Notes: generated from the letters alone by a model not told the origin. Numbered from the stretch's first letter, positions 17,678 through 28,691 are shown. The stretch is 64,000 bases of DNA from Candidatus Latescibacterota bacterium (GCA_965208105.1 OZ242318.1:64001-128000); one strand, 5' to 3'. Numbers and translations are program-made.

Positions 17678-19659
17678 CTTCCGGCCGGCAGAAAGACAAT
17701 GTGCGCAGGGAGTACCGGCGCCTCAGTTGGATATTGATAGCAGGGGCCGCCTTTTGGTTGGTGTTGATAGTGCGGTTGGTTCAAGTACAGGGGTTGCAGC
17801 ACGTCGAGTATGCTCTCCGGGCAAAAGAGCAGCACCTCCGCCGGATCGAGTTGAAGGCGACTCGTGGAGGGATTCTCGACCGAAATGGACGCGAATTGGC
17901 CATGGACATCCAGGCCGTTACCTTCTTTGCCAATCCCTCGATGGTGGAACGCCCGGAGGAGGTGGCCAACTATTTCGCCTCCATCGGCAGCCAGAGCCTC
18001 GAGACCCTGGCTGGCCAGCTCAATAGTTCCCGGCGCTTCGTATACCTGGCGCGCCAGGTGGCCGAGGAGACCCTTCAGGAACAGGTGCGCAGCCAAAATT
18101 TCAGCGGTGTGTTCGAATATCCTGAGACCAAGCGCTATTATCCCTACGGGAGTCTGGCCGGCCAATTGTTGGGGCACGCGGATATCGACCACAAAGGCAG
18201 CGAAGGAATTGAAGGTGCCTTCGAGAATCTACTCGGAGGCATCAATGGATTGGCCCTCACCTATGTGGACTCCAGGGGCCGGCAGGTGCCCGGAATGCAG
18301 CAGGAGCACCGGTCTCCGCAAGATGGCCGCAGCCTGTATTTGACCATAGACGCAATCTACCAGACCATTCTCGAGGAGGAATTGGAACGGGCGATAGAAA
18401 ATTCCGACGCCGAGAGTGGTATGGGAATTATAAGCGATCCCAGGAGCGGAGAGATACTGGCATTGGCGAATGTGCCCCAGTATAATCCCAACAACCCTGG
18501 CAGCACTCCCGCGACATTGCGCCGCAATCGGGTCATAACCGATCCGTTCGAGCCGGGCTCTACTTTCAAGATCGTTGCCGCCTCAGCCGTGTTGGAAGAT
18601 GGTTTGGCCGATACCTCCGATTCCATTTTCTGTGGACTGGGAAGGTTGGTTTTGGAGAACGGCGATGTCATAAGGGACGTCCATCCATATGGAACGTTGA
18701 GATTCTCCGAGGTGCTGGCCAAATCGAGCAATATAGGTACGATCAAGCTGGGTAAACGCCTCTCGAGCAATCGATTTTACGAGTATATTCGATGTTTTGG
18801 TTTTGGCACTCGAAGCGGTATCGATTTGCCCGCCGAGAGTCCCGGACTGTTCAAGCCCCTTCGAAAATGGTCCAGCCGGTCCCATGAAACCATCACCATC
18901 GGCCAGGAAATCAGCGTTACTGCGCTGCAGCTGGTGCAGGCATTCGGGTCCATCGCCAACGGGGGAACCCTCATGGCACCGCGGATAGTAAAAGCCATCG
19001 TTGGACCCGATGGCAGGTTGGAGCAAGAAAAACCTCCCCTGCCGATTCGCCAGGTGATATCTCCGGAGACGGCCTCCACCGTGCGCCGCATCCTGGCAGG
19101 TGTGGTCGAAGGAGGAACAGGACGGCGAGCTCACATAGAGGGGTATGCCATCGGGGGAAAGACGGGCACTGCCCAGCAAGTTGCCAAAAACGGCAAGGGC
19201 TACGATCCAAACAGCAACCTCGTTTCCTTTATCGGATTTCTACCGGCTGACAATCCGGAACTCCTATGTCTGATAGCCGTCACCAATCCCCGCAAGGGCA
19301 GGTGGGGTGGGTCCATAGCTGCCCCGGCGTTCAAGAGGGTGGTGGAGCGAGTCTTCAACCTTTCTGATGGAGTTGAGCCGCAGTACTTTGCGGCCGACGA
19401 TGGCATGATGGCTATTGCCGTTCCGGATCTTCGCGGAATGAGGCCCAGCGCTGCCCGGTTCCAGGCCGAACTGCGGGGTGCATCGATTTCCTTCAGCGGG
19501 CAAGGAGAGGTTGTAGTGGAGCAAAACCCGGCTCCAGGGTCGACCAACGAGGATGGCGGCCACATTTTCTGCGTGCTCGGGCCGGTGGAACAATCTCCGT
19601 CCCTGGGAAGGGAAATTGCCTCCTTGCGCCAGGCATTGCTGCTGCAGAACCTGCGATGA
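17674..19659 (+). CDS. ftsI: Class B penicillin-binding protein FtsI with a PASTA domain
   Basis: RGGILDRNG, SxxK (GSTFK), SSN, KTGT, C-terminal VPDLRGM. Confidence 0.93.
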   Translation: MTSGRQKDNVRREYRRLSWILIAGAAFWLVLIVRLVQVQGLQHVEYALRAKEQHLRRIELKATRGGILDRNGRELAMDIQAVTFFANPSMVERPEEVANYFASIGSQSLETLAGQLNSSRRFVYLARQVAEETLQEQVRSQNFSGVFEYPETKRYYPYGSLAGQLLGHADIDHKGSEGIEGAFENLLGGINGLALTYVDSRGRQVPGMQQEHRSPQDGRSLYLTIDAIYQTILEEELERAIENSDAESGMGIISDPRSGEILALANVPQYNPNNPGSTPATLRRNRVITDPFEPGSTFKIVAASAVLEDGLADTSDSIFCGLGRLVLENGDVIRDVHPYGTLRFSEVLAKSSNIGTIKLGKRLSSNRFYEYIRCFGFGTRSGIDLPAESPGLFKPLRKWSSRSHETITIGQEISVTALQLVQAFGSIANGGTLMAPRIVKAIVGPDGRLEQEKPPLPIRQVISPETASTVRRILAGVVEGGTGRRAHIEGYAIGGKTGTAQQVAKNGKGYDPNSNLVSFIGFLPADNPELLCLIAVTNPRKGRWGGSIAAPAFKRVVERVFNLSDGVEPQYFAADDGMMAIAVPDLRGMRPSAARFQAELRGASISFSGQGEVVVEQNPAPGSTNEDGGHIFCVLGPVEQSPSLGREIASLRQALLLQNLR

Positions 19660-19680
19660 CCCTGAACTGGAGAAATTGCG

Positions 19681-21192
19681 GTGCATCTCCGAGAATTGCT
19701 TGGTGTTTTGCAAGGTGCTCGAACCGCGGGACCGGTAGATGTGGAGATCGGGAAAATCGCGTGTGATTCCCGCCGAGTTTGCCAGGGAGATCTCTTCGTG
19801 GCAATTCGCGGCGGTGAGGAACAGGATCGACATCAATTCATTCCAAAGGCCCTCGATAGAGGAGCCGTGGCAATCGTCGCCGAGGAGGAGGTCGACTCCG
19901 GGACCGCGACGCGGATTATCGTCGAGAACTGCAGGCAGGCACTGGCCAGGCTGGCCGCCTGTTTCTACAAATTCCCCGACCGAGAGTTGCTGATGGTAGG
20001 AATAACCGGTACAAATGGAAAGACGACGACAGCCTTTCTGACTCGGCAGATTCTGGAGTCACACGGTGTCCGGTGCGGATCCCTGGGGACTCTCGGTGGC
20101 CTGATCGATTCGAATTGGGAGAAGACGGACAATACTACCCCCGAAGCCGACGACCTGCACCGGATGCTCCGGGGCATGGTCGAGGCCGGCAAGTCAGCGG
20201 CGGTGCTCGAGGTTTCGTCCCACGGGTTGGCCCTTGACCGGGTAGAGGGGATCCAATTCAACGCGGGAGTATTCACCAATTTAACCAGAGATCATCTCGA
20301 CTTTCACCAGACCGAAGAGGAATACTTCAATGCCAAGGCCCGTCTCTTTGAAGGACTGGACGAAGAGAGAGGCAGTAGGGCAATTGTCAATATCGATGAC
20401 GATGCAGCTCCAAGACTGTTGGCGAGGATGGCCGTTCCCGCCGTCACCTTCGGCCGCGGGGAAGATGCCCATGTTCGCCTCCAGACGGTCGAGCGCACTG
20501 AGGGGGGAATGCGCGTCCACCTCCACACACCCGCCGGAGAGGTAGAGGTCGAGACGCACTTGAAGGGGGGGTTCAACTGCTACAATATAATGGCTGCCTT
20601 TTCGGTGGGGCTGGCTCTCGGAATTGAGCGTCAGGCGATCTGCCGAGGGATCGCCGAAGTGGAGAGTGTCCCGGGGCGCTGCGAGCGCATAATGGCCGGA
20701 CAGGGCTTCGAGGTAATTGTAGACTATGCGCATACTCCGGATGCGCTCGAACGGCTCCTGCGCATGGCCAGGGAGACGAGACCCAGGCGCCTGTCCTGCG
20801 TCTTCGGTTGTGGGGGGGATCGAGACCCCGGGAAGAGGCCGTTGATGGGCAGCATTGCTTCAGATTGGGCCGACCAGGTTTACCTCACCTCTGACAATCC
20901 GCGTTCGGAATCTCCCGAGAAAATCATCTCTGATATCGCCCAGGGCATCGGCAAGGAGTGCCAGGCCCGGATAATTGCCGACCGCCGGGAAGCCATCGAG
21001 GAGGCGCTCGGGGAAGCTGTACCCGGGGACCTGGTGGTAATTGCGGGCAAGGGGCATGAATCGGTCCAGGAAGTTGGCGATTCTGTGATCGAGTTTAATG
21101 ATCGCCAGGTGGCGCAGTCCGTTCTGCTTTCATTGGGCTTCGATGGAATGAAATCCGGGGAGCGAGACGCTCAGTGGAAAAGATCGCTTTAG
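19681..21192 (+). CDS. murE: UDP-MurNAc-tripeptide synthetase (meso-DAP type)
   Basis: GTNGKTT, DYAHTPD, and the DAP-specific DNPR motif. Confidence 0.95.
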   Translation: MHLRELLGVLQGARTAGPVDVEIGKIACDSRRVCQGDLFVAIRGGEEQDRHQFIPKALDRGAVAIVAEEEVDSGTATRIIVENCRQALARLAACFYKFPDRELLMVGITGTNGKTTTAFLTRQILESHGVRCGSLGTLGGLIDSNWEKTDNTTPEADDLHRMLRGMVEAGKSAAVLEVSSHGLALDRVEGIQFNAGVFTNLTRDHLDFHQTEEEYFNAKARLFEGLDEERGSRAIVNIDDDAAPRLLARMAVPAVTFGRGEDAHVRLQTVERTEGGMRVHLHTPAGEVEVETHLKGGFNCYNIMAAFSVGLALGIERQAICRGIAEVESVPGRCERIMAGQGFEVIVDYAHTPDALERLLRMARETRPRRLSCVFGCGGDRDPGKRPLMGSIASDWADQVYLTSDNPRSESPEKIISDIAQGIGKECQARIIADRREAIEEALGEAVPGDLVVIAGKGHESVQEVGDSVIEFNDRQVAQSVLLSLGFDGMKSGERDAQWKRSL

Positions 21193-22553
21193 GTGAAATT
21201 CTCCAATGGACGGAAGGTAAGCTGGTGGGTATTTTAGAGCCCTGCAGTCAACCTGCCGGGATTTCTACCGATACCAGGACGATCCGGAAAGAGGATCTCT
21301 TCCTCGCCCTCAAAGGGCAGAGCTTCGATGGCCACAAGTTCGTCGAGCAGGCCTTCCAGCGAGGTGCAATGGCTGCGGTCGTCGAGCGTTCCTGGGGAGA
21401 GCGAAATGGGAAGAGCGCCGCTGGACCTCTGCTCCTGGTCGACTCGCCACAAGCGGCTTTGGGGGTCATTGCAGGACAGTATCGCCGCCGCTTTGCCCTT
21501 CCAGTGGTCGCGGTGGTGGGAAGCTGTGGAAAAACGACCACGAAAGAGATGATCGCCGCCGTCCTCGGTCAGCGCTACAAGGTTCTGAAATCGGCAGGGA
21601 CGGAAAACAACGAGATCGGGATCCCCCAGACCCTTTTGCAGCTTGGGGGCCAACATGGTGCAGTTGTACTGGAGCTGGCGGCGCGAAGGGTAGGAGACAT
21701 TGGTTATTTGTGTTCGATTGCAAACCCCAACATCGGGGTCCTGCTCAACATCGGAACCGCACATCTGGAATTCTTTGAATCTGTAGAGGGAGTGGCCAAG
21801 GCCAAAGGGGAGCTCCTGGACTATCTGGACGAGTCTTCAATGACTCTGGCAAACTTCGATGACTGTGTCGTGGCCAAGGAGGCAAAAAGAACTAAGGGGA
21901 GACTCCTTGGCTTCAGTCTTGAACGAAAGAGTCAGTTTCGTGGGGAGGGACTCGTCATAGATCGGGAGGGCCGCGGCCATTTCTCTCTACAAAAACGTTT
22001 GTTTGACCTGCAGATCCCGGGCCGGCACAATGTTTACAACGCCTTGGCGGCGGTGGCTGTCGGCCGCACCTTGAAAGTGCCCTGGGAGGATATTCGCAGC
22101 GCCCTGAAGGATTTCCAACCCGTTGCCATGCGTTCGGAAACAAGGAGGAATGGTGGCATTCGGATTATCGACGACAGTTATAATGCCAATCCGGGCTCCG
22201 TCAGGGCCGCTCTAGGTCTCCTCAGGGATACGGGTGCTGCCACAAACCGGAAAATTGCGGTCCTGGGGGACATGCTGGAACTGGGACCGCAGAGTGAAAG
22301 GCTGCATTCCGAAATCGGGCGCTATCTTGCCTCCCTGAATATAGACATCCTGCTCGCCGTTGGTCCGCTGAGCGCTCATGTGGTCGAAGCAGCGCGTCGG
22401 CAGGGGATGAAGCCGGAAGTCGCGCAGCACTTTTCCACCAAGGATAAACTCGAGACTCATCTGAACTCCATATTAACAGAAGGGGACGTGGTCCTCGTAA
22501 AAGCGTCTCGCGGAATGGCGCTGGAAGAGATAGCCGGCACACTCTCCCGCTGA
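21174..22553 (+). CDS. murF: UDP-MurNAc-pentapeptide synthetase
   Basis: GSCGKTTTKE, NNEIG, DDSYNANP, LGDMLELG, VKASRG. Confidence 0.95.
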   Translation: MEKIALGEILQWTEGKLVGILEPCSQPAGISTDTRTIRKEDLFLALKGQSFDGHKFVEQAFQRGAMAAVVERSWGERNGKSAAGPLLLVDSPQAALGVIAGQYRRRFALPVVAVVGSCGKTTTKEMIAAVLGQRYKVLKSAGTENNEIGIPQTLLQLGGQHGAVVLELAARRVGDIGYLCSIANPNIGVLLNIGTAHLEFFESVEGVAKAKGELLDYLDESSMTLANFDDCVVAKEAKRTKGRLLGFSLERKSQFRGEGLVIDREGRGHFSLQKRLFDLQIPGRHNVYNALAAVAVGRTLKVPWEDIRSALKDFQPVAMRSETRRNGGIRIIDDSYNANPGSVRAALGLLRDTGAATNRKIAVLGDMLELGPQSERLHSEIGRYLASLNIDILLAVGPLSAHVVEAARRQGMKPEVAQHFSTKDKLETHLNSILTEGDVVLVKASRGMALEEIAGTLSR

Positions 22554-22729
22554 GCGAATCTCCCAGCCCGACCAAGTATCCCCCAGATAGATTGCCTCCC
22601 TGGCAGCACCTCTATCGCTCTTTTCTCTCCTTTACTTGCCGTCTTCCCCATTTGAGGGTTTAACCAGTCCATACCTCGGCCCCTGGTTGCACATTTCCCG
22701 CCGCGATTTGCAGATAGATAGGAAAATGG

Positions 22730-23881
22730 ATGCAGGCAGCCAATAGAGCTAGCATGCAAATGCTGATGATCTCGCTGATATTGGTTGGATTCGGGATCGT
22801 CATGGTCTACAGCTCCAGTTCGGTGTTGGCCAGCGCGCGCTTTGACGACAGCAGCTTCTTCCTGGAAAGACAGATAATTCGAGCCTGCATCGGGCTGGCA
22901 ATCATGCTTGTCCTGTCGCGGGTCCCCCTGGTGCTGTGGTCTCGCCTCGCCGTGCCCATGTTTCTCCTGGGGTTGGTCACCCTGATACTGGTGCTGATCT
23001 TCGGCCGCGGTCCTACCCAGCGCTGGCTGCCTCTGCCGGGGATGTTGTCCGGCTTTTCCTTCCAGCCTTCTGAATTCGTCAAATTGGCCCTGGTACTCTA
23101 TCTGGCGGATGTCCTGGTGCGAAAAGAAGATCTGATCAAGGATTTCAAAAGGGGATTCATGCCCAGGCTGCTGGTCATCGGTGTAGTTCTGGGATTGATT
23201 GCCATCCAGCCCGATCTGGGAACGGCTGTTGCGATCGGCCTGATTGCTGCAGTGATGCTGTGGGTTGGTGGGGCCCGCCTCCTGCACCTTATTTGCACCG
23301 GAGTCCTGGCATTGCCGATCATTGCCTTGTCCCTGTATACCTCTCCTTACCAATGGCAGCGGGTTGTGAATTTTTTCAATGACGCGGACATCCTGAAGGG
23401 AAATTACCAGATTGATCAGTCGCTGCTGGCCCTGGGCAGCGGGGGCATCCTCGGGGTGGGACTGGGGGACAGTATGCAAAAGCAGCACTTTCTGCCCGAG
23501 CCTCACACGGATTTCGTCTTTGCCCTGGTCGGAGAGGAGTTGGGTTTGGCGGGGACCCTGAGCATCACTGCGCTTTTCGTCGCCTTCGCCATTCACGGCT
23601 TCCGCATTGCCAGGGAGGCATCCACCTACTACGGGTTTCTGGTGGCCACGGGCGTTACCGTAATGATTTCGGTCTATGCCCTGCTGAATATTGGCGTCGT
23701 GACCGGAATGCTGCCGACGACAGGACTGCCATTGCCCTTCATCAGCTACGGAGGTTCTTCGCTTCTGTGGAACCTGGCTGGTGTGGGGATCCTGGTTGGG
23801 GTGGGGAGGTCAAACGCTCAAGGGCAGCCCTCCTGGGCCGATGGCAAACCGGACAAGACGTTCGTGCGCAGGCTCCGATGA
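22730..23881 (+). CDS. ftsW: SEDS peptidoglycan polymerase FtsW
   Basis: FQPSEFVK, QPDLGTA, LPEPHTDF, LPFISYGGSS. Confidence 0.94.
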   Translation: MQAANRASMQMLMISLILVGFGIVMVYSSSSVLASARFDDSSFFLERQIIRACIGLAIMLVLSRVPLVLWSRLAVPMFLLGLVTLILVLIFGRGPTQRWLPLPGMLSGFSFQPSEFVKLALVLYLADVLVRKEDLIKDFKRGFMPRLLVIGVVLGLIAIQPDLGTAVAIGLIAAVMLWVGGARLLHLICTGVLALPIIALSLYTSPYQWQRVVNFFNDADILKGNYQIDQSLLALGSGGILGVGLGDSMQKQHFLPEPHTDFVFALVGEELGLAGTLSITALFVAFAIHGFRIAREASTYYGFLVATGVTVMISVYALLNIGVVTGMLPTTGLPLPFISYGGSSLLWNLAGVGILVGVGRSNAQGQPSWADGKPDKTFVRRLR

Positions 23882-25281
23882 AACCCCTCTTCGGCAAGTT
23901 CGAGCGGGTTCACATGGTTGGCATAGGGGGTGTGGGAATGGGCGGGTTGGCGCGGCACCTGGAGGCGCTCGGTTGCCGAATCAGTGGATCGGATATTTCG
24001 ATGTCGCGGGTCGTGGAGGGATTGCGCCAGGAGGGGATTGAAGTGCACCTGGGGCACCGGGCATCGCAGGTGAACGGGGCGGACCTCGTGGTCCATTCCG
24101 CAGCCGTTCCCGCAGACAACGAAGAGTTGGTGGCAGCTCGGCGCCAGGGGATATCCATGATCAGTCGCGCCGAGTTGCTTGCCGAGGTGACGCGATCCCA
24201 TTTTGTAGTCGGAGTAGCAGGCAGCCACGGAAAGACGACGACGGCATCGATGATAGCCAGTATCCTGGAAATGGGAAAGCAGGATGCCTCCACGATGATC
24301 GGCGGCTGGATCCAAGGCCAGGTCCAGGCGCGATCGGGAAGCGGAAAAATATTCGTGGTTGAAGCTGACGAATACGATCGCAGTTTTCTGTATCTCCACC
24401 CGCGCGCGGCGGTTGTAACCAACATCGACGCGGAACACCTGGATTGCTATTCGAACCTGGGGGAGGTACAGGAAGCTTTCTGCCAGTACCTCGGCCGCCT
24501 GCCGTTTTACGGAACCTGCATCCTGGGCTACGACGATCCCGGGGTTCAGGGGATCCTCCCCTCCCTGGAGAGAGAATACTTCACCTATGGATTGGCCGGG
24601 GCATGTGATTTCAGAGCCGAGAGGGTAGAGCTTGGTACCTGGGGAAGTTGCTTCGTGCTTTTTTCAGGCCAGGAGGAAATGGGTCCAGTCAAGTTGCGGG
24701 TTCCGGGCAAGCACAACGTGCGAAATGCTCTGGGAGCGGCAGCACTGACCGGCAGTTTGGGGGTGGATTTCGCTGCTATTGCCGGTGGCTTGGGGGAATT
24801 TGGGGGAATTGAACGGCGGTTCGAGAAGAAGGGTGAAATTGGGGGCATAGTGGTAGTCGATGACTATGCGCATCACCCATCCGAATTGGAAGCCAGCCTG
24901 GCAACGGCGCGTGCAAGCGGTCGTCGCATTTTGGCGGTTTTTCAACCCCATCTCTACTCGCGGACGCAATACTTTGCCGAGGATTTCGCCAAAGCACTCA
25001 TGGTGGCAGACCAGGTATTCCTGGCACCGGTTTACAGCGCCCGGGAGAAGTCGATTCCAGGAGTACACTCGGGCGTGATAGCGCGCGCCATGCGCGAGGC
25101 GGGATTCGCCGAGGTGGAATACATTCCCGATCCAGGCAGGATTTCCGGCCGTCTGGAGCATGCATGTAAAGCCGGAGACATGGTCATTACCATGGGGGCC
25201 GGCGATATAGACAGGGTAGCCGAAGATCTTGTCCGGGCATTGATGTCGAAATACCAGCCGGGGGAGGGCGATGACCCGTAA
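23878..25281 (+). CDS. murC: UDP-MurNAc-L-alanine ligase
   Basis: GIGGVGMG, GSHGKTTT, EADEYD, DDYAHHP, FQPHLYSRT. ATGA overlap with ftsW. Confidence 0.95.
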   Translation: MKPLFGKFERVHMVGIGGVGMGGLARHLEALGCRISGSDISMSRVVEGLRQEGIEVHLGHRASQVNGADLVVHSAAVPADNEELVAARRQGISMISRAELLAEVTRSHFVVGVAGSHGKTTTASMIASILEMGKQDASTMIGGWIQGQVQARSGSGKIFVVEADEYDRSFLYLHPRAAVVTNIDAEHLDCYSNLGEVQEAFCQYLGRLPFYGTCILGYDDPGVQGILPSLEREYFTYGLAGACDFRAERVELGTWGSCFVLFSGQEEMGPVKLRVPGKHNVRNALGAAALTGSLGVDFAAIAGGLGEFGGIERRFEKKGEIGGIVVVDDYAHHPSELEASLATARASGRRILAVFQPHLYSRTQYFAEDFAKALMVADQVFLAPVYSAREKSIPGVHSGVIARAMREAGFAEVEYIPDPGRISGRLEHACKAGDMVITMGAGDIDRVAEDLVRALMSKYQPGEGDDP

Positions 25282-26131
25282 ATTTTCCTTCAAATCGAGC
25301 AAGCGACCCATGGTGGTTCCGATCGGCGCCAGGAGTGAACCTGTCTCCCGGATTTTCCCTATTTGTTGCGTAGTCTGCCTGATTATCATGCTTGCCGCGA
25401 CCGCATCGGTTCTGGCGGGCGGGAGGATCTCGCAACTATTCGCCCAATCACCAGGTTTTACCCTTACCGCCCTGGAAGTGAAGGGATTGCGCCGTCTGAG
25501 CGGTGCCGATATCGGGGCTGCCAGCGGGCTCAAGGTGGGCGACAATATTTTTCAAGTCGACCTCGGGCAAGTGGAAAGCAGGATCGAAAGCCTGCCGTGG
25601 GTGAGAGAGGCGTTCGTCGTGCGCAAACCGCCCGACCGCCTGGTGGTTTCTATCGTCGAACGGCGGAGATTGGCATGGGTCGAGCTGGGGAAAATCTACG
25701 GTGTGGATCTGGAGGGTGTGCTGCTGCCGGCAGCGGGAGAGTCGGCAGAGTCCTTCGGGGAGTTGGACCTGCCCGTTGTCAGTGGCCTGAGCGTGCCGAC
25801 GGATTCACTCCGCATTGGATCGGTTGTGGCCGACTCGGCACTGGTGCAGATATTGAGGTGGTGGAAGGAGGCCAGCGCATACGACGCTGAGCTGTGCATG
25901 AACATTTCCGAAATTCAGCCGTTCAAAATGTCGCTGGGCAACAGCGATATCCGCCTCTTCCTGGTCGGAGATGGACTGGAGGTTCGCCTGCCGGCAGACC
26001 GGGTCCACGAGCGCCTCGAGGTCCTCAAGGTCCTGATGAAGCGCGTCTACCGGGAATGCCCCGACCCGGCATACATTGATTTGAGGTTCGCCGGACAGGT
26101 TGTAGTTGGCAGGATGGAGCGGAGATCCTGA
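25271..26131 (+). CDS. ftsQ: Cell division protein FtsQ/DivIB
   Basis: TM helix, POTRA-like LPWVREAFVVRKPPDRL, C-terminal YIDLRF. Confidence 0.88.
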   Translation: MTRKFSFKSSKRPMVVPIGARSEPVSRIFPICCVVCLIIMLAATASVLAGGRISQLFAQSPGFTLTALEVKGLRRLSGADIGAASGLKVGDNIFQVDLGQVESRIESLPWVREAFVVRKPPDRLVVSIVERRRLAWVELGKIYGVDLEGVLLPAAGESAESFGELDLPVVSGLSVPTDSLRIGSVVADSALVQILRWWKEASAYDAELCMNISEIQPFKMSLGNSDIRLFLVGDGLEVRLPADRVHERLEVLKVLMKRVYRECPDPAYIDLRFAGQVVVGRMERRS

Positions 26132-26152
26132 ATGAATAGGAGGACCCTGAAC

Positions 26153-27403
26153 ATGGCAAAGGAGGGAATAGCGGTCGGTTTGGATCTCGGCACCACCAAA
26201 ATCTGCGCAATCGTTGCCGAAATGACTGAACCAGGCCGTTTGAATGTTCTCGGGGTCGGCAGCTGCCCCTCCGATGGGTTGAGACGGGGTGTGGTGATCG
26301 ACGTTGAGAAATCGGTAAACTCCATCAAGAAGGCGGTGTATCAGGCCGAACTCATGGCCGGGGTCCAGGTTGCCGCGGTATATGCCGGAATAGCCGGCGA
26401 ACACATCAGCAGCTTCGACAGTCGCGGGGTCGTTGCGGTAGACGGGGACAATGGGGCCGTGAGCGCCGCGGACAGGGAGCGCGTGATTGCCGCCGCCCGC
26501 GCGGTTTCCATCCCGGCTGAGCGGGAGATTCTTCATGTTCTTCCCCAGGAATTCATCGTCGATCGGCAGTCGGGCATTCGCGAGCCGGTAGGCATGGTGG
26601 GAGTGCGGCTGGAAGCCAATGTCCACATCGTAACAGGAGCAATCACTTCAGCGCAGAATATCTGCAAGAGCATTCTGCGCGCGGGAATCGAGGTGAGAGA
26701 CATTGTCCTCGAACCCCTGGCTTCGAGTTGTGCCGTGCTGGACGGCGACGAAAAGGACATGGGCGTATGCCTTGTCGATATTGGCGGTGGAACCACCGAC
26801 GTTGCTCTTTTTTACGAGGGTGGCGTGCGCCATACCTCCGTAATCGGACTGGGGGGGCAGAATGTCACCAACGATGTGGCCATCGGCCTGCGCACATCGT
26901 GGCCCTACGCCGAAAAAATCAAATGCACTTGCGGTGCGGCCCTCGTGGATTCTGTCGGAGAAGATGAAATGGTGACCTTGCCGGCCATCGCGGCAAGCGG
27001 TCCCCGGTCGGTTTTGCGCAGGGAGCTGTCGGCAATCATCCAGCCGCGCATGGAAGAAATCTTCACCATGGTGCGCGGGCAACTCGAACGGACGGACTGG
27101 AATTCGATCCCGAGAATCAGCGTCGTCCTGACGGGCGGGGGGGCTTTGCTCGAGGGTGTGGTTGAATTGGCGGAACGGGTGTTTGAGCTGCCCGTGCGGC
27201 TGGGGGTTCCCGGGGGGCACGGGGGAATGAGCGAGAAGGTGATGAGCCCGATTTATGCTACCGCCGTGGGGCTGGTATCCTTCGGCCTGGAGAATCAGAA
27301 GTCGACCAATTCCTCGGTCCATCATCCCCACAAGGGTCTCAGTGAAGGCCGCTTTGACACCGTTCTGAACCGCATGAAGGATTGGTTTCAAGTGTCAATT
27401 TAA
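26153..27403 (+). CDS. ftsA: Cell division protein FtsA (dcw copy)
   Basis: GLDLGTTKI, DIGGGTTD, LTGGGALL, and a C-terminal amphipathic helix VLNRMKDWF. AGGAGG precedes ATG 26153. Confidence 0.95.
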   Translation: MAKEGIAVGLDLGTTKICAIVAEMTEPGRLNVLGVGSCPSDGLRRGVVIDVEKSVNSIKKAVYQAELMAGVQVAAVYAGIAGEHISSFDSRGVVAVDGDNGAVSAADRERVIAAARAVSIPAEREILHVLPQEFIVDRQSGIREPVGMVGVRLEANVHIVTGAITSAQNICKSILRAGIEVRDIVLEPLASSCAVLDGDEKDMGVCLVDIGGGTTDVALFYEGGVRHTSVIGLGGQNVTNDVAIGLRTSWPYAEKIKCTCGAALVDSVGEDEMVTLPAIAASGPRSVLRRELSAIIQPRMEEIFTMVRGQLERTDWNSIPRISVVLTGGGALLEGVVELAERVFELPVRLGVPGGHGGMSEKVMSPIYATAVGLVSFGLENQKSTNSSVHHPHKGLSEGRFDTVLNRMKDWFQVSI

Positions 27404-27452
27404 TGAGTGTTCAATAAACCTCAACCTGCGTTTCTCTCAAAGGGGACGAAAT

Positions 27453-28595
27453 ATGACATTCAGGATAATCAATAGTGAACAAAAAGCGCGAATCAAGGTC
27501 GTCGGCGTGGGCGGTGCCGGCGGCAATGCCATCAACCGGATGGTGGCTTCCGGTATGCATGGTGTTGAATTCATCTCGATCAACACCGATGCCCAGGTCC
27601 TGGAAGCCTCTTCTGCGGACATTTGTATTTGTATTGGCGACAATATCACCCGCGGACTGGGTGCGGGAGCCAATCCGGAGCTGGGGCGTCACGCCATAGA
27701 GGCCGATCGAGAGAACGTAGCCGAAAGGCTTACAGATTCTGATCTCGTCTTCATCACAGCGGGAATGGGTGGCGGAACGGGAACAGGCGCCGCGCCGGTG
27801 GTTGCGGAGATTGCCAGGGATCAGGGTGCTCTGGCCATGGGTATCATTACCGAGCCATTCCAGTTCGAGGGCTTGCCGCGGATGCGCAATGCCATGGTGG
27901 GTACCGCAGAATTGCAGGAAAAGGTCGATACCTTGATCGCGATCAAAAACCAGCGGCTTCTTTCCGTCTGTGGCAGGGACACTACCCTTGAGGAAGCATT
28001 TTTCAAGGCCGACGAAGTACTGATGCAGGCGGTGCGGGGAATTGCCGATTTGATCACCGTTCCGGGAATGATCAACCTGGACTTCAACGATGTGAAGACC
28101 ATCATTTCCGAAGGTGGAGATGCCTTGATGGGCGTGGGGACTCACCGGGGAGAGAATCGTTCCCTCGAGGCGGCCAAGAAGGCGATAATGAGCCCACTGC
28201 TCGAAGATGTCTCGATCGACGGGGCCAAGGGCTTGCTGATAAATATCGCCGCCGACGTCAACCTCACCCTTTTCGAGGTCAACGAGGCTATCTCGGTCAT
28301 CCAGGAGGCTGCCGGACAGGAGGCCAATATCATCTTTGGCACGGTGGTCGATGAAAGCCTCGTAGACGAGATGCGGGTGACGGTGGTGGCCACGGGTTTC
28401 AGCGTCAACAAGGAGGGGAAGATCGAAACTCCGAAGTCCGAAGTAACCCCGGTTGCCGAGCAGGAAGAACTGAACGTCCCCGCGTTCATTCGGAACGGCC
28501 AGGAAATGGATACTGATGGAGTTGAGAAGAAGGAGCAGGTTTCGGCGTCCCAGAACCTGGAGTTTCCGACTTTCCTGCGCCGGAAAACCAGCTGA
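27453..28595 (+). CDS. ftsZ: Cell division protein FtsZ
   Basis: [24 protein letters not shown]. Confidence 0.97.
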   Translation: MTFRIINSEQKARIKVVGVGGAGGNAINRMVASGMHGVEFISINTDAQVLEASSADICICIGDNITRGLGAGANPELGRHAIEADRENVAERLTDSDLVFITAGMGGGTGTGAAPVVAEIARDQGALAMGIITEPFQFEGLPRMRNAMVGTAELQEKVDTLIAIKNQRLLSVCGRDTTLEEAFFKADEVLMQAVRGIADLITVPGMINLDFNDVKTIISEGGDALMGVGTHRGENRSLEAAKKAIMSPLLEDVSIDGAKGLLINIAADVNLTLFEVNEAISVIQEAAGQEANIIFGTVVDESLVDEMRVTVVATGFSVNKEGKIETPKSEVTPVAEQEELNVPAFIRNGQEMDTDGVEKKEQVSASQNLEFPTFLRRKTS

Positions 28596-28691
28596 TCCGC
28601 GAGAAGAAGAAACTTGAACCGGGGCGAATTGGCGGACCGTGGACAAATTTTCAGGGGCGGTCCCGGAGGGATTTGAAGAAAGGAATGGCCA

